Source: Chloroflexota bacterium (GTDB lineage Bacteria; Chloroflexota; Limnocylindria; Limnocylindrales; CSP1-4). From it: a stretch of 37,184 bases of DNA. The notes beneath the pieces were generated by a model that saw only the letters and a list, made by a program, of their open reading frames with translations, was not told the origin of the DNA and searched no databases. Numbering within the stretch: the stretch's first letter is position 1; each line of letters starts with the position of its first letter. The stretch is taken from assembly GCA_039933375.1 (NCBI GenBank), contig JBDTOF010000114.1, forward strand, positions 1 to 37,184. The letters run 5' to 3'. The position numbers and the translations under genes are program-made. Positions 33,853-37,184 of this stretch are shown here, piece after piece.

Positions 33853-34140
33853 GGCCCTGGGTCGATGGGGGCCGCCCTTTTGGTCGGCAAGTCCAAGTCG
33901 CGCTTCCAGCCGACCGTCTGGCGGAGCCGGCGAACCAGAGCCTCGGCCAGGCGGTCTAATTCCGAGGGCTCCAGGCTCGACATCACGAGCCGCCGCTCGG
34001 CCTGCCCGCAGTAGGTCTCGGGGTGACTCCTCTTGCCCTACCAGACGCATAGGCGAGAGCATCCACCGCACCATCCGTGCCGCCGGGCGCCGCGATCCGC
34101 CGTTGGGTGCCGCGAAACAGCCGCATTGTGCTCGGGACAT

Positions 34141-34215
34141 TGGCTGGCGAGGAAGGATTCGAACCTTCAATCCCCTGATCCAGAATCAGGTGCCTTACCG
34201 TTTGGCCACTCGCCA
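34141..34215 (-). tRNA. tRNA-Gln (anticodon CUG), CCA encoded
   Basis: The reverse complement folds as a cloverleaf. Acceptor is TGGCGAG/CTCGCCA. D arm is GCC-AAACGGTAA-GGC. Anticodon arm is CCTGA-TTCTGGA-TCAGG. T arm is GAAGG-TTCGAAT-CCTTC. The discriminator is G, followed by CCA. It is close to E. coli tRNA-Gln. Confidence 0.95.
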
Positions 34216-34297
34216 GTGATCGCGCCGTCGAGGCGCGGGGCGCATGATATCGCACCCGGCTCGATTCTCCCATCGCAGCCGCCGCGCCGAGGAGCTC

Positions 34298-35299
34298 ATG
34301 ACCTCGATTCCAGACAGCTTTCGTGCCTACGTCGTGGACCGCCAGGACGATCAGTTCGAGCGTGGGCTTCGAGCGCTGACGCCGGCCGATCTGCACGCTG
34401 GGGACGTGGACATCGAGGTCGCCTGGTCGTCGGTCAACTACAAGGACGGGCTCGCCGCGACCGCCGACGGCAAGGTTGCCCGGACATATCCGCTGGTCCC
34501 GGGCATCGATCTCGCGGGCACCGTCATCCGGTCAGGGGACCGCGCCTTCGAACCCGGCCGACAGGTGATCGCACACGGCTACGACCTGGGCGTCAGCCAC
34601 CACGGCGGTTTCGCGGAGTTCGCGCGGGTCCCGGCCGCCTGGGTCGTCCCGCTGCCCGATGGCCTCACGGCGCGAGATGCGATGGCTCTCGGTACCGCCG
34701 GGTTCACCGCGGCTCTTTCGGTCCTCGAGCTTGAAGCGCGCGGACTCAAGCCGGCCAATGGCCCCGTCCTCGTCACGGGTGCGTCGGGGGGCGTTGGCAG
34801 CACTGCGATCTCGATCCTGAGTCAACTTGGCTACGAAGTCTGGGCTGCTACCGGCAAGACCGACGAGCACGAGTGGCTCAGTTCGCTGGGTGCCGCCGGG
34901 TTCCTGTCGCGGGAGGAGATCTCGGCCGGGGGTCGGCCGCTCGAGGCCGAGCGATGGGCCGCCGCCGTCGATTCGGTCGGCGCGACAGCCTTGCCGTACA
35001 TCCTGCGAACCCTTCGTCGCGGCGGCGCCGTGGCCGCCTGTGGCAACGCCTCGGGCCCGGCCCTGACCACGACCGTCTTCCCCTTCATCCTCCGCGGGGC
35101 GGCCATCCTGGGGATCGATTCGGCCTATCTCGACATTGAGAAGCGGGTCCGGATCTGGGAGCGGCTGGCGACCGATCTCAGACCGCGAGCGCTCGGCGAG
35201 CGCATCAGCGGAGTAACGCTCGAGACGCTCGAACCAGCCCTGGATGCGATCCGGGCCGGCGACGCTCGCGGCCGCTGGGTCGTTCGCGTCGGAGGGTGA
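34298..35299 (+). CDS. YhdH/YhfP (AcuI-like) MDR-family NADPH-dependent oxidoreductase
   Basis: Internal ATG of ORF 34244..35299, with GAGGAG just upstream. Motifs are VAWSSVNYKDGLA, YPLVPGIDLAGTV, GVSHHGGFAEFARVPAAWVVPLPDGL and VTGASGGVGS. Confidence 0.85.
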   Translation: MTSIPDSFRAYVVDRQDDQFERGLRALTPADLHAGDVDIEVAWSSVNYKDGLAATADGKVARTYPLVPGIDLAGTVIRSGDRAFEPGRQVIAHGYDLGVSHHGGFAEFARVPAAWVVPLPDGLTARDAMALGTAGFTAALSVLELEARGLKPANGPVLVTGASGGVGSTAISILSQLGYEVWAATGKTDEHEWLSSLGAAGFLSREEISAGGRPLEAERWAAAVDSVGATALPYILRTLRRGGAVAACGNASGPALTTTVFPFILRGAAILGIDSAYLDIEKRVRIWERLATDLRPRALGERISGVTLETLEPALDAIRAGDARGRWVVRVGG

Positions 35300-35330
35300 G
35301 CCGCGCGCGGCCACCACGGCCGGAACAGGC

Positions 35331-36146
35331 CTAGTCGAGCTCGCCGCGGAGCTGGGCCAGCGCTCGATCGAGCGGTCCCTCCGCCGCCGCCGCCGGGTAC
35401 GGCATCGCGGCAAATGCAGCCGCGCGATCGAGTTCGCCCGAATGCAAGGCCCGCGCCGTCGCCGACACGGCGCGGAAATCGGCCAGTTGTGCCTCCACGA
35501 ACGCACGGTCACCAAGTGACCCGTGCCCGGGCACCACCGGCCCCGTCACCAGTTCCAGGAGCCTCTCGACTGTCCCAGGCCAATCGATCGGGTAGCCGTC
35601 ACCGAACCACGGAGTCGCGTCGGCCTCGAGGAGATCGCCGGCGAACAGAACGTTAGCGTCCGGCACGATCGCGACGATGTCCGCGTCCGTGTGGCCGCGG
35701 CCGAGATGCCGAAGCTCAACGCTCCGTCCCCCGACCTCGATCGTGACGAGGTCGTCGAAGACCTGATCCGGCGGGACGATCGTCATCGCTCGGAGGTCGT
35801 CGGCGAGGTCGGGCATGGACTCGATCGTCTCGAGACGCTCCTCGTCGCCGTGCCCGAGCAGGTGGGTGCGGCAGCGTCGGTGGCCCCAGATGTTCGCCAG
35901 CGGGAATTCGCTGTTCCCGAAGACGTGGTCCCAGTGCCAGTGCGTATCGACCACGATCCGGACGGGAAGCGGCGTGACGCGGGCGATGTCCTCGAGGAGC
36001 TCGCGGGCGTGGACAGGCGAGGCGCGGGTGTCGATGACAAGAGCCTCGCCATCGCCCAGCACGAGCCCGATCTGTTGGTCCAGGAACGCGTAGCGCCGCG
36101 TTAAGACGCGATCCGCGATCTCGATCCAGTCGGTGTCGTCGCCCAT
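35331..36146 (-). CDS. MBL-fold metallo-hydrolase
   Basis: Internal ATG of ORF 35331..36287. Motifs are DTHWHWDH (H.H.DH), GHTDADI and PGHG. Confidence 0.85.
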   Translation of the reverse strand: MGDDTDWIEIADRVLTRRYAFLDQQIGLVLGDGEALVIDTRASPVHARELLEDIARVTPLPVRIVVDTHWHWDHVFGNSEFPLANIWGHRRCRTHLLGHGDEERLETIESMPDLADDLRAMTIVPPDQVFDDLVTIEVGGRSVELRHLGRGHTDADIVAIVPDANVLFAGDLLEADATPWFGDGYPIDWPGTVERLLELVTGPVVPGHGSLGDRAFVEAQLADFRAVSATARALHSGELDRAAAFAAMPYPAAAAEGPLDRALAQLRGELD

Positions 36147-36204
36147 GGCCCGGAGATCGTACCCGGGCCAGCGGAGGCCGCGGCTGCGCGGTACGCTGCC
36201 ACAC

Positions 36205-37083
36205 ATGCCATCGACGATCGACAGCGCCACCACTCGAGACGGCATCCGGCTTCTGACCAGGCATTGGCCAGCCGGAGTCCCGGACACGGACCCGCCCCAG
36301 CCTCGTCACTGGCCGGAAGAAGCACCCCGCGCTGCGGTCGTGATCGTCCACGGGCTGGGCGAGCACAGTGGTCGGTACGAGCACGTCGGGGCGCAACTGG
36401 CGGCAGCCGGCTTGGAAACCTTCTCCTGGGATCAGCGCGGCTTCGGCGCATCGGGTGGCGAGCGCGCGTACGTCGATGACTTCAGCCGCTACTACGACGA
36501 CGTCGCGGACCGACTGGCGGCCGCCCGAGCAGCACTGCCGGGGCGACCGGTCGTGCTGTATGGCCATTCCCTCGGCGGGCTGATCGCGCTCGGCTACGCT
36601 CTGTCCGATCGAACTCCGCCGGATTTGATGGTCCTGTCGGCGCCGGGTCTTGCCGATCGCCTGGCGACCTGGAAGCATCTCGCGGCGCCGATCCTCGCGA
36701 GGATTGTCCCGAGACTTCATATCGCCAATGGCATCGTTCCCACGATTCGGTCGCGTGACGAAGAGATCCAACACGCCGTTCAGATTGATCCGCTCGTACA
36801 GACCTCCACGACCGCGTGGCTCGGGGCGCTCGGATTTGCCGAGCAGGCGAGGGTCCGTGCCGCGGCGTCGCAGTTGTCCGTCCACACGCTCGTGATCCAT
36901 GCTGAGGACGACGGGCTCGTGCCCGTGAAGGCGAGCGAGGCGCTAGCCATCGTGCCGGGCGTCACGCGTCGGACCTACCCGGGGCTCCGCCACGAACTCC
37001 ACAACGAGCCCGAGGGCTCGTCGGTCATCGCCGACGTCATCGCCTGGATCGAGTGGCAGCTCGGCGGAGCCCACGGCGACTGA
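36205..37083 (+). CDS. Alpha/beta hydrolase (monoacylglycerol lipase / lysophospholipase-like)
   Basis: Internal ATG of ORF 36133..37083. Motifs are VIVHGLGEHSGRY, the nucleophile elbow GHSLGG, and HELHNE. It is divergent from the MBL gene. Confidence 0.85.
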   Translation: MPSTIDSATTRDGIRLLTRHWPAGVPDTDPPQPRHWPEEAPRAAVVIVHGLGEHSGRYEHVGAQLAAAGLETFSWDQRGFGASGGERAYVDDFSRYYDDVADRLAAARAALPGRPVVLYGHSLGGLIALGYALSDRTPPDLMVLSAPGLADRLATWKHLAAPILARIVPRLHIANGIVPTIRSRDEEIQHAVQIDPLVQTSTTAWLGALGFAEQARVRAAASQLSVHTLVIHAEDDGLVPVKASEALAIVPGVTRRTYPGLRHELHNEPEGSSVIADVIAWIEWQLGGAHGD

Positions 37084-37184
37084 GGCTGTCGGGCCTGGCG
37101 ACGAGCGCCGGGCGGTATTGCCGCCATTGCGGTGTAGACTCGCCCGACAATTGAAGATCGCCTCCGGGGAGCGCAGCAGCGCTG

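Noticed and set aside
33765-33986. 73-aa minus-strand ORF (MMSSLEPSELDRLAEALVRRLRQ...) in the gap between the LAL regulator and tRNA-Gln. The 288-bp gap itself was also considered as a possible integration scar next to the tRNA.
   Set aside because: The ORF overlaps the 3' end of the LAL gene by 88 nt in antisense, which alone can explain its high GC3. No family was recognised. I saw no integrase, no direct repeat of the tRNA 3' end and no other mobile-element hallmark in the window.
1-37184. CRISPR arrays, rRNA genes, IS elements/transposases, prophage genes, toxin-antitoxin pairs, and known multi-gene defence systems.
   Set aside because: Intergenic spaces are short apart from three that I read through, and none contains spaced direct repeats. 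No translated ORF shows transposase, integrase, RT, Cas, capsid/terminase or classical TA signatures. This is a visual assessment only, not a profile search.

Overview
High-GC (roughly 68-70% by eye) bacterial chromosomal segment. The gene content looks Actinomycetota-like, possibly Chloroflexota-like: a deazaflavin/DDN-family reductase, an LLM-family remnant, a DUF3090/SCO1664 pair, MarR, a LAL-type LuxR regulator, and an Flp pilin with a GQGLVEF motif. I support 33 protein-coding genes (one partial at the left edge and absent from the ORF track), one tRNA-Gln(CUG), one frameshifted and truncated pseudogene, two hairpin terminators and two candidate operator sites. Most long ORFs in the track are antisense or off-frame artefacts of the high GC content. 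I see no rRNA, CRISPR array, transposase, integrase, reverse transcriptase or phage structural gene, and no canonical defence system. The window therefore reads as ordinary chromosome with an accessory-looking stretch at about 23.9-30.9 kb. The most unusual items are listed here. (1) A 1165-aa fusion of a Cas4-like Fe-S nuclease, an RNase H-like domain and an SF1B helicase. (2) Two genes (DUF72, SCO1664 family) whose conserved N-termini lie upstream of any ATG/GTG/TTG, so the ORF-track starts are wrong; CTG initiation or coupled re-initiation at operon junctions is implied. (3) An Flp-type prepilin with a Pro/Thr linker and a C-terminal two-Cys loop, lying between a degenerate (HGDEF) diguanylate-cyclase-like membrane protein and a secreted SGNH/PKD hydrolase. 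(4) A NiCoT transporter translationally coupled to a Fur-family regulator, with a TTGCAA-N4-TTGCAG site 10 nt upstream of the transporter start codon. (5) A GTGGTGA repeat cluster in the divergent promoter of the LAL regulator. All functional calls rest on motif recognition by eye; no searches were run.
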